DNA from: Catajapyx aquilonaris
Lineage: Eukaryota
Direction of reading: 5' to 3'
Assembly (NCBI GenBank): GCA_000934665.2
Contig: JYFJ02001872.1
Span: 1-64,000 of the forward strand
DNA: 64,000 nucleotides
Part shown: positions 12,401 through 23,592 of the stretch, in pieces
Numbering within the stretch: the first letter of the stretch is position 1
Layout of the letters: every line of letters starts with the position of its first letter
The notes under the pieces: generated by a model
Seen by the model: the letters and a program-made list of their open reading frames with translations, nothing else
What the model was told of the DNA's origin: nothing
The model's database searches: none
Program-made: the position numbers and the translations under genes

Positions 12401-15400
12401 AGGGAATGAAAACAACACCTCTTTCACTTATATCTTCATAATGCTGAAATGTACTATTTACATTATACAGCTTCTACAGTGCATTTCTGCATCTAATTGT
12501 TATGAAGTTTAATGCCAACCAGAGTAGCATTTAAAATTCTACTCTGGTATGTTGAATTGTGATTTTTTTAAATGATTGGTTTAGAAACAAGGTGATGCAT
12601 ATAGAACAAGTCCCATTTGTGGTCAGTTTTTTGTTTTTTTTAACTTGGCCATCAGCATTTTGGTCGTGAGAAAATAATTCTAGAATTCCTCTGAAATTGA
12701 CGCTTATTTTAGAATATCACACATGGGGTATTGCAGGCATGAGTCTAGGAGAGGAGTTTGTGTGGGTGGTTAATTGTATTCATCTAGGACTTGTGCATTG
12801 CATCATTTGTATGTGGAAAGCTGCCCAACACAAGATATTGTAGAGAATATGTAGATCTCAATATCACAATAATTCCAGTTATGAGAGATCACCACTTGTA
12901 AAAAAAATTGCAAAGACATTCACTTCTGTATGAAGATAGGTACTGCACAGTGGCACATTGTAGAAGTTGCCTTTACTATTAAGTATTGGCTGGGTACTTC
13001 GGTGAAATTGTTAATTAATATTGACTATTTGTAAGTGTTTTGATTGTTATTGTAAAGGGGGGGAAACACACAATATTATTCTTCCAACAAGAAACACTGT
13101 GACAATATCTGCGAGTATATGTCATAATTTTTTAACTCATTAACTGATGCATAACAAATAAAAGTTTCTTGCACAAGGGGTAATTTCTTGCCTGGTATTA
13201 CTAGTATCTAACCATACTCCACGTTTCTGTCGCATATAAGGGGTCGTGCAAATACCACATGACTGTCTTGGGGGGAGGGGGGATCTGCTGATATACCACA
13301 GTTGGTCACTGGGGGGGAAGGGAGGGGGAAAGGGGGGGAGGGGTCGGCAACAGTTCACGTGGTATCTGGTGAATGGACACATATGGGGTCAAAAAGTGGC
13401 CTAAAATTGTCACGTGGTATTTGCACGACCCCTAAGGAGCTTGTTTCAAAGGGCTTTTCGGGGAATTGCTTAAAAGGGTCTTGTTTCCTGCATGCAACCC
13501 TTTTTTTCTGTTCCATGATTACCTACATGAAAATGAATTCAAACCGAGTTTAGATTTTAAATGTGTTCAAGAGCAAGTAATATGAGAAAGATGATGTGAC
13601 AAGAGCCACATATGTGTGGACTCTTTCACTTTCTGATGGCAATTTGCCTGCAAATGTGCCATTTGCAAACAAGTTCTTTAGTAGCACATATGTGGGGCCA
13701 ATAGTTTGCATTGTTGGTTGTAGCCTTTTTGGGGCAATGGCCAAATATTACTTACCAAAAAATTAACTCAATGATTGCAGGCCCTGAGCACCACAGCCAC
13801 TGCAACAAATGACTACAACCAAGAATGGCAACAGTACTACCAAAATCAGCAGCAGGCAGCTGTTACCGATGGGATAGGTGCTACAGGAGCTGCACCCAGC
13901 AATGCCTACCTGACTCCAGCAATTGATGGTAAGAGCCCACATCTATTTTTATATAATTTATTGTAATGCTTTGTCTTCATTCTTACTGATACTGAGAGGT
14001 CAAATAGCATGGCTTTCTAGAAGAAGTGCCATGTTTGTTGACAGTAGAAAGTTGCTCGACAACTGAAGAGAAAATAGCACGCTGTACCTGATCAATAGGG
14101 GCTTGCAGGTGAATGTAAATTGTTGTAATTGATGTAATAGGCACTCAAGCCACTTCTGTCAACGCAACAATAGCTGCCACTTCCATTGGGGATCCACAAG
14201 CTGACTATGGTGCCTATAACCAGTCCTATGGGGTTAACCAATGGGATCAGCCAACCAATCATTATGGTGAGAACACCGAGGACACTTCTGAATCAGCAGG
14301 AGGAGGATTCAACTACTGGGATGCAGCGGTTTCTAACAGACAGGTAGGGTAGATCCTATGCTTTCGCTGTGGTAGATATTTCTCTTTCTTTTGTGGGTAC
14401 TTGTTCGGAAATACTGGACTCACATATCAGGTTCACAGCCTTTGTAATTCCCTTCTATAGATTTGCTGCTGCGTTATGTTCTGTTGTTATAATTGTTGTG
14501 TGTACATGTGTCTGTACTAGTTTTGTTTTTTTTCTCTCTCTTAATTTTGGTGTTTCAGACCACACTGAGGCCATTGAAAACCATAGGTTAGATGTTAATG
14601 AATATTCCAATGAATCTTCTATTTCAAAATTAGGTAACAATCCAAATCAAATGCAACGGCCGATCTGAATTTTGGACGTGCACGTTTCACAAAAAAGTAT
14701 TATTGGCAACACATATTTTATGTCACGTTTTTTGGAGTCATTGCCCTACTCTGATAAGGTGACATTTTCTAGTTGAATAGTCTGCACTGTATCAAGTTCA
14801 AATGGTACTCAATGGTTTCCTGGTAGTGCCAGTGTGAAGTGCTGCCTAGTTAGAGCTGTAAACTTAGAACTAAACAGTGCGACAGGTGTAGAAGGAGAAA
14901 GGCGACTGAAAAAAAGAAGGTCAGATGGCTACCATTCACCCCTGGCCAGCCATCTTTCTTTTTTTTCTTCTCTTTCTCTCTCTCTTTCACCCCACTGCCA
15001 CGACCAAAAGGACCAGCAGCTGCGCAGACGCCGGGGCTCCTCTACTCAGGGCAAGCCCCTTCTTAACACCTCTACCTCTCATCGCTCCAGACATTCCCAT
15101 CCACCACGCCCTCGTCCTCGTCACCGGCCAACCACTCCCAAAGCCTCGCCACCTCCTCAAGCACCTCCAGTCCAAGAGCATGATGCCATGTCAGATGCAT
15201 CAGAAGTTGGACGCACCGTGATGATCCGTGAGCGTCCACTGGTGTTTGGGGGCACTTTTCCAATAGACCTGCCATACATGAAGAGGGGCTTCCTGTCTCA
15301 TCGTTCATCTTCCTCCCCCCACTCATCCGACCATAGTGATGAACCTTCCTCCTCCCATCAACGCAAGACTTCTTCCTCATCTCGCCCCTTGAATTTTCCT

Positions 15401-18400
15401 AGGTCATTCCCAGTGGACATCCCTTGTTGTTCCCCACCCAGCCTGTGCTGGGATCACTCACAGCTGGCCAGAAGGGAGACTTGTGATTGGAAGATGGGAG
15501 CTGATACTTCCGTCAGATAGAGACATCAGGATTTGTTTTAGTCTTACTTGTCTTAGGTCTCTGTGCAGAGTATTTTTGAGTATAGAGTTGCGTAAGAAGT
15601 GATTGCCTGTTGCAAAAGGAGTACCATGCATTGCTTTGATTTTCCGATATCCATGCAATATAAGGTAGTGTATGGTACTCTTACCACATGAATTTGATGG
15701 TTGAATTTAGGTGCAAATCGGACATGTTGCCTAGTTTTTTCATTAAGTCTGTGTGCATGATTTATGCGTGAGATACTTTGGCACATAGTGACTTGAAAAA
15801 CTGCTAGTCAACATTGAAAGCTTGTGACACTGCACCATTGCCAAAAAGTTGAGGCCAAATGCTATTTGAGAGAATATATACCTGCAATGAAATTCTAGTT
15901 GAACTAAATTAGCTATCAAACCTCAACTATCATGAGACAGCGAGCTGGACATAGATGCTAATTTTTGTCACAGATTTTCAGAGGCTGGAAAAATTTGCTT
16001 AATGTTTGCATTTGTTGTTGCAAAATACACAAATGTTTGCTGTTTTGAAGATGGTTTTGGGGAAAAGTGCAGTGGAGATAAATACTGGAGGGCAGTTAAT
16101 TCTACATTTTGACAGGCATACGAGTAATGTTTCCTTGTACTATATCTCTTATTATGCAAATATTATTATGAGTTAGTATTATTTGATCCAGGTTATTTTA
16201 TATTTGCCATTGAATAATTTGATCATATCAGATTGATGCTTTGTAGAGGAGACCATGCAAAGTAGTAAATTAACAACTTTGAACATAAGTTATTCTGAAA
16301 GTATGTAGCATTACTTTAGTCATTGGTGGCAGCTGTGGAAATAACTGCAGAAAGAATTAAAATCATTCCCCTTATGTTATTCTCTTGAGCCGGAAAAACT
16401 GAGGCCATGAGATTTTTAACATGTGCATGTTGTGTCACTCGTAGCAAAGATCTTTAATACTTATGAACTAATCATTGTTGTGACCCTGGGAACATAAGTA
16501 CAAAGCTGCCTTTAAGATGTATACAGTCTCTTGTCAGTGAAATCATTTGCAAATTGTTATGCGAGTTTTTGCAGCTATCATGAATGTGCAGGCAAAGCTC
16601 AATGTAGATATGCAGGTGATTTCTGTAACTATCTCCTACTTTTGTTATCATATTGTGGAGATTTTGGTTATGGGAGATTGAATTGTACTTTCAGCATTGA
16701 ACTATAAGTGAATATCAGAATATTATGTTGTGCTGCACTTTGAATTAGCTGAATAAAGTTGTTGGTTGATTTTATGATGTGTTATGCCTCTTGGTTGTAA
16801 CCAGTGTCACGACACAACAGGCTGTGAACCTGCAGTCCAGTTTTTAAAACAATTTTTCTGTGGGTGTAGGTGAAAGTATGAGGTGGGATAATGAATGGAA
16901 AGTGGTGTGCACGTTCTGATTGTTAACCCCAACCCTCCAGGCCCACGAGCCCGTCCCAAAAGCATCAAGCACACCCCTTCCGAGCAGTGATCAGCCAAAG
17001 CAGCCGACATGGGAATCAGAGCCAAAAAGCAAGAGCAAGGAGAAGGGAAAGTCTGCTGGAGGCCAGATTCAGGCTGGAAAGACACCTGCTTCTGACTCGA
17101 CTGGACTCTCTCAGGCCGGCAGCACTGCGAGCAGTGGAGGGTGGCTTGGAGGGTTGTGGAACAGGTTGTCGCTGCGTCCCAAGAACCAGATGATTCTCCC
17201 AGATGATAAGGATAAATCAGTGAGTAACTTGTCTCTTAAAAACCTAGTTTCACAATGCATCTTGTGCAACTATTAAGGTGCATTTACATGTGAGTGATTT
17301 GAAGAGTGAATTCTTTGCCGAGGATGAAATTAACAATCAATTTCGCCTCAAACAATAATATTGGTTACTTGGGTTACTCACCCTTGGCGAAGATTTCGCT
17401 CGTCAAATCGCTCACATGTAAGCGCACCTTTACGGGTGCCAAAAGCCTGCTTTGGGACCTTCTCCTTGAAGGTAGGCTACAAACCATTCAATCTGTGCAT
17501 GAGATCATCACTGCTCCAAGATGTAGAATCTGCTAAATATTCCCAAATTACACAAAATATAACCTATCCCAGTCTAAAGCTATGAGTGAAGTATCTCTTG
17601 TACAAGCAACTAGATTACAAATTCACACATTATGCTAAGTGATCATACACAGTATAATTCGTTTAATATGTGAAGCCACAAAATGCACTCTATCCGGCTC
17701 TGTTATTCCTTCATAAAGTACTGAAGTCTGTGCTCTTAGATTGTATGGGATGAGGAAAAGAAGAAATGGGTAAATGTGGACCAGGACGAGGATGAGTCTT
17801 CCGGAGGAGGGCCTGCTGCTCCCCCAAGTGACATGGACCTCATGGGGAATGGTGGAGGGGGAATGGTAGGAGGAATGGGGGGAGGAGGAGTGGGAAGTGA
17901 AGTTATGGGCAATCATATAAGCTCAACACCATTAACCTCAACCCCAAGCAGAGGGCCCAGAGAAAGTGATGTTGGTGGCCCTCCTGTAGTTCAGAACATG
18001 GGAATGAACAAATACAAGCGCCCCAAGGGACTCTGTAAGTTGAATTACAGTAATTTATTTGAATTATGTGGTTATCTGTAATGTTGCATTGTTGCATGGG
18101 TGAATCAACCTCAGGTTTCACTTCATGTAAAAATTGCTGAGGTTATTCTATCACTGATGATAATGTTACCCATAAAAGTTTTGAAAATATTATCGAAAAT
18201 GAATTCAGGCTTACAAGAGATTGGAAGTACAGTACCAAAAGTTTTAGGGTAATTGAAGTTCCTGTATGAAAGCTTTGAGAAAATAATTTATTTTGCAGCA
18301 ATGAGACAAAACTATGTGGACATAATGAACCCAGGATCCAATCACACTGGTGCTAATGGACAACCCCAATTAAGTAATGGCAACAACAACAGTGTATCTG

Positions 18401-18679
18401 CTCCGCCAACAAACTACTTCATCCCTTCAACTACTCCCATCACTGATGATGGGTACAGTAATGCTCAGTTAGAAATGAAGCCGGTAAGACATGCAGGCAA
18501 ACTTGGCAGACTATAAATAGGTAAGAGTACTTTATTATTTTTTTCAGGATGCCCAGGGCAACCATGTTGATGTAAGTGGCTCAGCGCCAATGATGTTCAA
18601 CCCCTCCCAGTTTGCCAGCCAGCAACAGCAGCAAGCACCCAGTGCAAACAGGCCTGGTCTCAGGCGTTATCGTAGGTAA
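444..18679 (+). CDS. Sec16: Protein transport protein Sec16 (ER exit site COPII scaffold), 5'-partial, multi-exon
   Basis: Phase-consistent GT-AG exons at about 444-787, 1915/1918-2211, 4143-4789, 6287-6993, 8751-9117, 9767-10163, 10333-10746, 10935-11052, 11114-11706, 13781-13928, 14141-14343, 16941-17219, 17740-18034, 18299-18483 and 18548-18679 (TAA). Sec16 central conserved domain motifs: FPGPLVKG, LLWELLILMLKQNG-NVVGTDIAELLL, LWGHALFLASKMD, NDPLQTLYQLMSGRQP, WGDWQPHLAMILSN, EAIQCTEVYEFA. An Arg-rich region lies upstream. C-terminal motifs: GWLGGLW..PKNQMILPDDKDKSIVWDEEKKKWVN, NYVDIMNP, PMMFNPSQF. The start codon lies upstream of the window. Confidence 0.95.
1027..1800. mobile_element. 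Non-autonomous DNA transposon with short terminal inverted repeats, in a Sec16 intron
   Basis: GGGGTCGTAGCCTT (1027) and AAGGCTAGGACCCC (ending 1800) are reverse complements at 13/14 positions, extendable by aat/att. The interior is GC/CpG-rich, unlike the flanking intron. No clean target-site duplication (TSD) resolved. Confidence 0.7.
2662..3571. mobile_element. Mariner-derived fold-back element made of two inverted transposase 3' ends
   Basis: TA|CGAGGCACGTCCAGAAAGTAAGTTCCG ... CGGAACTTACTTTCTGGACGCGCCTCG|TA. Inverted arms of about 415 bp. Both arms encode a decayed mariner transposase C-terminus (DDELQPSVQGLRKWLAADSYDIGMQNIVQLNEKCPNFAGNYFEKK). Confidence 0.92.
4280..4317 (+). repeat. Coding (CAGCCG)n/(CAG)n repeat encoding a QP/poly-Q tract in Sec16
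   Basis: cagccgcagccgcagccgcagcagcagcaacagcaa inside exon 4143-4789. Confidence 0.8.
5025..5446. mobile_element. Tc1/mariner-type MITE
   Basis: TA|CAGGGTGAAGGGAAACTCAC ... GTGAGTTTCCCTTCACCCTG|CA. Imperfect inverted arms of about 120 bp. The right TA is mutated. Confidence 0.88.
5699..6088. mobile_element. hAT-type MITE with a perfect 8-bp TSD
   Basis: AACTAGAC (5691-5698) | CAGGGGTATTCAACT ... AGTTGAATATCCCTG | AACTAGAC (6089-6096). An 8-bp TSD with CAGGG termini is typical of hAT elements. Confidence 0.92.
6914..6972 (+). repeat. 9-bp coding tandem repeat (GACCCAAGG)n encoding (R/K)DP repeats in the Sec16 Arg-rich exon
   Basis: Four exact GACCCAAGG units preceded by degenerate units; the peptide reads HPRDPKDPRDPRDPRDPRD. 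Confidence 0.8.
7083..7449. mobile_element. Tc1/mariner-type MITE (diverged)
   Basis: TA|CAGGATGTATACAAATCCATCTGCCAAAATGACGGGTGG ... CCACCCGTATCATATTGGCAGATGAATTTATGTATACCCTG|TA. Imperfect arms of about 80 bp. Confidence 0.82.
7775..8418 (+). CDS. Candidate alternative (probably terminal) exon of Sec16, Pro/Ser/His-rich
   Basis: The acceptor cctcctag|AT at 7775 is in phase with the upstream phase-1 donor at 6993. About 213 open codons run to TAG at 8416-8418 inside an otherwise AT-rich intron. No transcript evidence. Confidence 0.45.
9535..9640. repeat. AT-rich degenerate minisatellite / low-complexity tract
   Basis: Recurring aattataac/aattaaaa-like units with very few G or C. Confidence 0.6.
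13240..13432. mobile_element. PIF/Harbinger-type MITE
   Basis: TAA|GGGGTCGTGCAAATACCAC ... GTGGTATTTGCACGACCCC|TAA. Perfect 19-bp terminal inverted repeat (TIR), 3-bp TAA TSD, G-run interior. Confidence 0.92.
15011..15520 (+). CDS. Candidate alternative terminal exon of Sec16
   Basis: A long polypyrimidine tract (about 14952-14993) precedes aaaag|GAC at 15011, phase 0, matching the donor at 14343. 169 open codons run to TAG at 15518-15520 and contain two copies of PLxFxx[TS]FP[IV]D[LI]P. Confidence 0.6.
   Translation, partial: DQQLRRRRGSSTQGKPLLNTSTSHRSRHSHPPRPRPRHRPTTPKASPPPQAPPVQEHDAMSDASEVGRTVMIRERPLVFGGTFPIDLPYMKRGFLSHRSSSSPHSSDHSDEPSSSHQRKTSSSSRPLNFPRSFPVDIPCCSPPSLCWDHSQLARRETCDWKMGADTSVR
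17276..17429. mobile_element. PIF/Harbinger-type hairpin MITE
   Basis: TTA|AGGTGCATTTACATGTGAGTGATTTGA ... TCAAATCGCTCACATGTAAGCGCACCT|TTA. Confidence 0.88.
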
Positions 18680-19063
18680 CCCCTCCTGCCTGCAAGATAG
18701 TGTGCATAATATAGCAAGATTCATCTGGTGGGGTTGGTGAGATTGTCAAAGCATAATGTTAAAAGGCTCACTCGCTCAGTCATAATGGCCTCCAGTGGGT
18801 CTTAAGTGTCTCCGAATAATGTTTTATTTTATTTTTCTCGTTTCACTCTTCTCGGTTCACTGTTACTTGGTTGTGGGACTTGTTGTTTATTAGCCATCCG
18901 GTGAAAATGAATTTAACAGGGAGAGGGTCTAAGTTATATCATGTTATTTCTGTATATTGGCATAGGATGAAAGAAATGTTAGAATCGTAAAATTTCAATT
19001 TGTGATTCGTCCCCAAGCGCATGTGTGCAGTTATGCCACTTTCCCTGGCGTGTATTTAAGATT

Positions 19064-19110
19064 AATAAAAGTATATTTAATGTATGCCCAGGTGCCAATT
19101 AGCATTTATT
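19064..19110. terminator. Facing polyadenylation signals of the convergent Sec16 (+) and APC5 (-) genes
   Basis: AATAAA on + at 19064-19069 and TTTATT (AATAAA on -) at 19105-19110, each downstream of the respective stop codon. Confidence 0.55.
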
Positions 19111-19409
19111 TCACCTAAGTACAAATGGTTATTTTTTTCATCATATCCAACTTCCCCCTCATTTCCCCCTCTGGAAAGTAAGTGCAAAAATATCTCCACA
19201 CAGATCCATACTTTCTTCATGTACAGTGTGCGCATATATAATTTTCATGCATGTAAGAATTCGGTTCAAAAAATATTAAAATCTGATAGTCGTTACAGCT
19301 TCTGAGACAATGAAATAGGTACACTGGAAGCATACATACATTTGAAAGCTTACTAGCATTTTCTACACTTAATGAGCTTCGGAAAGTGGAATGGCAACTT
19401 GTCTTCAAC

Positions 19410-22400
19410 TTAGAAGAGAGAGAGAGAATGTGAAGGTATCTTCGTAGGGTGTTGCTCATCCAGCAGCCGAAATTCCTTGGCACTTTGATTTCGCTCAGCA
19501 ACACGTCTTATCTGATTATACAGCAGGGCCTGCAGGTACAGGGAATCCTTTGCTCGTTGCACATCACCTACCTTCAAGAAGGCAGTCTTTGCCTCGTGAA
19601 GCAATTCTGTAGCCTGCTCAATTGCTTCCTGGTTATCATCGCTGTTACATGTCACAACGCACTTGGCTCTAAGCATCATGGCCCGTCCTCTCTCCCATGG
19701 CCCACACTGAGCAAAAACTGAGGTCAAGCATTTGTCAATTATTGATAAGGCAAGGTGTGCCTGACCAAGATGTAGTTGTGCATGGGCCAAGTGCATTTGG
19801 GTCAGGGCACCCACCCGGAACATGTGATACTTCTTGCAGAGAGCAGTAGCCTCACTCAGGCTCTGGAGTGTGCCAGGGTAGTTTTCAACTGAGAAGTGAA
19901 TCTCAGCTTGCACCAGAATGGCTTCGGCCCGTAGGAGTGGAATCACAGTGTGGTCATCATCAGAAGTGTCCAGCTCAGCCAGCAGTGTTCGGATGGTAGA
20001 CATTGCATATGGGGCCTGCCCTGCTGCAATCTAGATTAATCAATAAGCAAACTGAATTAGTTCAAATCTCTGCATGTTATTTGTAAGTGGATAGTCAGCT
20101 CAAGGTAAGGTAAGGAAGCTTTAAGTTGCAGTTGACAAATTCGCAGCTTCCTTCTCAATTAGGAGAATGCAGTGGGCATGCAAGAGACTGGAGACATTTT
20201 CTAACACGATGTTAAGTAAAGTCACTTTATTCCCAAATGCCATGTAGATTGGTTCTCCATTACACACAGCTTCCCCTGACAATTATTGCACAAAGCATAA
20301 GTTGTTTATGGTGCCACCAAAGAATTCACACAAATTAAAAAGCTTGACTTCTGGGTTATCACAACGTAGAGAAAAATTATAGGAGAAATTTTCGGGAAAC
20401 AATATAAATGTTTCTAATGTGTTGGTGAGAAGAAAAACAATTACAGAACAAGAAGAGGAACACGAAGCTGAAGGAGGGAAATGCACAATATTTAAAATGA
20501 CGTTAGTAATCTATCATGTTTTCTCCACCATCCTTCCTCCTGGACTGTGAGGAGTGCCTGTAATGTGTGTCACTTGAAATAGCAGTGATATGGTTTAAAT
20601 ATTTTTATGTATTTCTGGCACCTTAAATCATGCAATAATTCACACAAGTTTGTCGAAATTTACCTGCAACCTTGCTAAGAACAGCCTTCCTTCCAAAGGA
20701 CGGAAAGGCATCATGGCTTCCACTGCCCTCCTGGCATCATCCCACTTCCCATCCCACAGCTTCTCACGAAAACGCAGTGCTGCATCAGTTGCAATCCATG
20801 GTCCACTCTGTCCTTCCTCACCTGGGAAACACTGTTTTGCATGATCCAAAACTGCAGTGGCTGCTTGCAATTCTCCTTCCGAATGTAACCATTCAGCCAG
20901 TCCACACAAGGCAAGACAAACACTTTCGCCTTGGATATGCAACCCACCCATGCGCATATCTGATGTGTTCAGCAATAACAAGAGCTGGTTCTGCAATGCT
21001 GCAGTCAGACCCTTGCCATACATGCTCCAAAGCACTGAACGTAACAAGTAACCTTTCACAAGGAGATGGGGTTCATAGTGCTGTACACACAGGAAGTCAT
21101 TGCGTGACAGCTCTTTAAAGACATCACAAGGGGTATCACCATTCAAAGCACGCTCCTTTACAGCAGCTTGTACTGACGAAGCAGCAACAGACCACAACGA
21201 TAGTTCCATACTGCGCGCAAGAGCACATTCAGCAAGCTGAAGACGAGAATCATTGCGGAGGCGGTGCAGCCAGGCCAGGGTTTGTTGCAGTGCAGCATGG
21301 TCGTTGCTGTCCTGCGCCATGGCTACTGCCTCACCCAATGCAGTCAGTGCTTCTTTACGGTGCCCAAATGTGGCATGAAGAGCTGCCAAGTTCAATGCTG
21401 CATACCTATAACATATTGTGTGAAGTGAACTTAACTATTCTTGACCTATTCCAATTGATTTGTAAGTAAAGGCCCATACACACAGGCCGTCGACGGTTTT
21501 GGTCTTTGGTCGCGTTGACGCCGCGGAACAATCATGACTCGTGTAAACAAGCGCAACACATTGTTTACAGTTTGTTTACATGAATCATGATTGGTCCGCG
21601 GCGTCAATGCGACCAAAGACCAAAACCGTCGACCGCCTGTGTGTATGGGCCTTATGTCATCTAAAAAGAATTATACAACTACTACCACAAATATGGTCAT
21701 AAAACAGGTATAAAGTGCCCAGACTTGGGAAAGGTAAATCTCTGATTATGAATCCAGTGTCACAATAATGAGGGATTATTTCCCTAATTTGACCTGATAG
21801 AACTGATCCTCATTCCTCACCTCAAATCTGGGCATTTACACCGACAATAGTATAAGTAAAATGCACACCTGTAACCCTTCTTCTGGTCTTCACTTCCTCG
21901 ATTCCCATCAGCACTAGCAGAAACAGTGATGGGACTGCTTCGGTCAAAGCTATGGTGCAAACTGTGCAGTGACCCACAGAACTCCTTACTCCTCAGGCAG
22001 TTGAGGAAGCTTAAGTAGTGTGCCTCGGCCAGGTCTGGATTTGCCTCCAGAAGCTGGTGAATAGTCCTCTGCAGCTCAGGTGGAGACTGCGCAGCACACT
22101 CATGATCCTGTAGCAACTTTGCCTGCTGTGCCAGAATAAGTTCTGCCTGGCGACGAGATGTTGATCCAGGTGCGCAAGTGTCATCTACTGATACATCATG
22201 CTCACGAAGGTCAAGCATGCTGGTGAGCTTCTCATTGAGGTCCATAACTTCTTCAGTGTTGTCCAATACTGGTCGCGATTCCTCCTTCTCCCAGGGTAAC
22301 TTAACTCTGTGACAATAAGACTGGAATGCTTCAGCTGCCTGCACCACCTATGCATAAACAAAAATAACGCGAATATTGCTATCTGCAAATCATAGTTTTG

Positions 22401-22996
22401 CAATGGTATTGTGGCAAAGGCCCAATTATGAAATCACATGTATGTTACATGCAATCTCACCTGGGAAAAGCTCAGCTTGTCAAACGACAAAAGCATGGTT
22501 CGCAGGTGAAGACCCAACACAGAGCTGCGATTGATCACCGGTGAATTGTGGTGCGAGGGATCGGTCAACAGTGCCTCCAGGACCTGCATAAGGTCAAGAA
22601 TACCAGTGCCAGCCTTCTCTTCCATTTCTCTGAGGTAGCGTGCAAAACACTCCAGTGTCCCAGCAGGAAATGTGTAGCAACCGGAGGTCAGAACAGCACA
22701 CAGTTCAGGAAGGGTCAGTTCAGGCCCCTGGATTAGCCGAAGCGCAAGGAGGCAAAAGTCCTTCCGATTCTGGGTCGTAATCACCACACGGTTGCCCTTC
22801 AGGAGTGCTGGAAGGAAAGGCAATAGTTAATGTCAATCCATCAGGGATATTCAAACGGGCGCCCACCCTTGGTCTTCATGTAGCAGTAAGCGCGTATGAT
22901 GAGGAGCACCGAGAGCTTGTGCGGAGTTACATATCCGTGAACAGCCTTTCGGGGCACGGCCGAAGCCCCCTGGATACTCTCCCTCGTGCTTGCCAT
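19410..22996 (-). CDS. ANAPC5: Anaphase-promoting complex subunit 5
   Basis: Five phase-consistent exons: 22996-22867, 22807-22461, 22347-21869, 21405-20664 and 20030-19410. Motifs: N-terminal MASTRES..YVTPHKLSVLL, SVLGLHLRTMLLSFDKLSFSQV, QAELILAQQAKLL, AEAHYLSFLNCLR, RYAALNLAALHATFGH, and a TPR-like C-terminus ending ERNQSAKEFRLL. Confidence 0.95.
21470..21652. mobile_element. Harbinger-type near-perfect hairpin MITE in an APC5 intron
   Basis: TAA|AGGCCCATACACACAGG..GTCGACGGTTTTGGTCTTTGGTCGC ... GCGACCAAAGACCAAAACCGTCGAC..CCTGTGTGTATGGGCCT|TAT. Arms of about 80 bp around a short loop. Confidence 0.9.
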
Positions 22997-22999
22997 CTT

Positions 23000-23592
23000 C
23001 AGCTACTCCACAATCAGGCAGTCAAGCCGATGAAGCACATCTGGAGGGCGACATCTTTGCCGGGCGGAGGGGCGCCACCTGCGACGCAACCCGGAAAAAG
23101 CTTGCAATAATGGCCAATGTTAATCATTTTTAGGCGTTGGCCATGTTTTAAGTGCACTCTTTACTTTACAGAAACCCTGTCAGTATGAGAAAAATGCGCA
23201 ATTTTTTGCAGGGTAGCCAACAGGAAGGCTCTTTTGTACATTCCCCTCCCAGAGCCGCACTGTGGCTTGGCTGGTCGCTGGTGTCAGATTGATCCGGCGT
23301 CAAAGGGTCAAAGGGAGAGAGGGAGAAGAAGAAGCGTTGTGTGGTCTCGTCTTGCGAGGCACTCTTGCGAGGTGAGGACAAGGATTGGAGGAAGGAAGGA
23401 GCGTCGGGACAACGGGCTTCTAGTGGGCGGCTCATTGTCTCCGACTTGGGCTAGGGTGGATCGAGGCCGCCATCGTCGCTTCTGTGACGCATTATCTCCA
23501 TCCGTGGAAGGACGGTTGCGGGAGGGCGAACTAGGGACAAGCAACCGACGTGGTTCTGTTCTGTTTGCATCTAGAGGAAGGAAGCCTGAGAG
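23000..23592. promoter_or_regulatory. Putative bidirectional promoter and 5' UTRs of APC5 (-) and the zinc-finger gene (+)
   Basis: CpG-rich segment directly upstream of the APC5 ATG. A + strand donor GAGG|gtgagt at about 23593 plausibly splices to the acceptor at 27361, just before the zinc-finger ATG. Confidence 0.55.

Noticed and set aside
14559..14632. Possible small cassette exon in Sec16 (DHTEAIENHRLDV...)
   Set aside because: It is open only in phase 1, whereas the preceding donor (14343) and the following acceptors are phase 0. In phase 0 it reaches a stop after 10 codons. Not supportable without transcripts.
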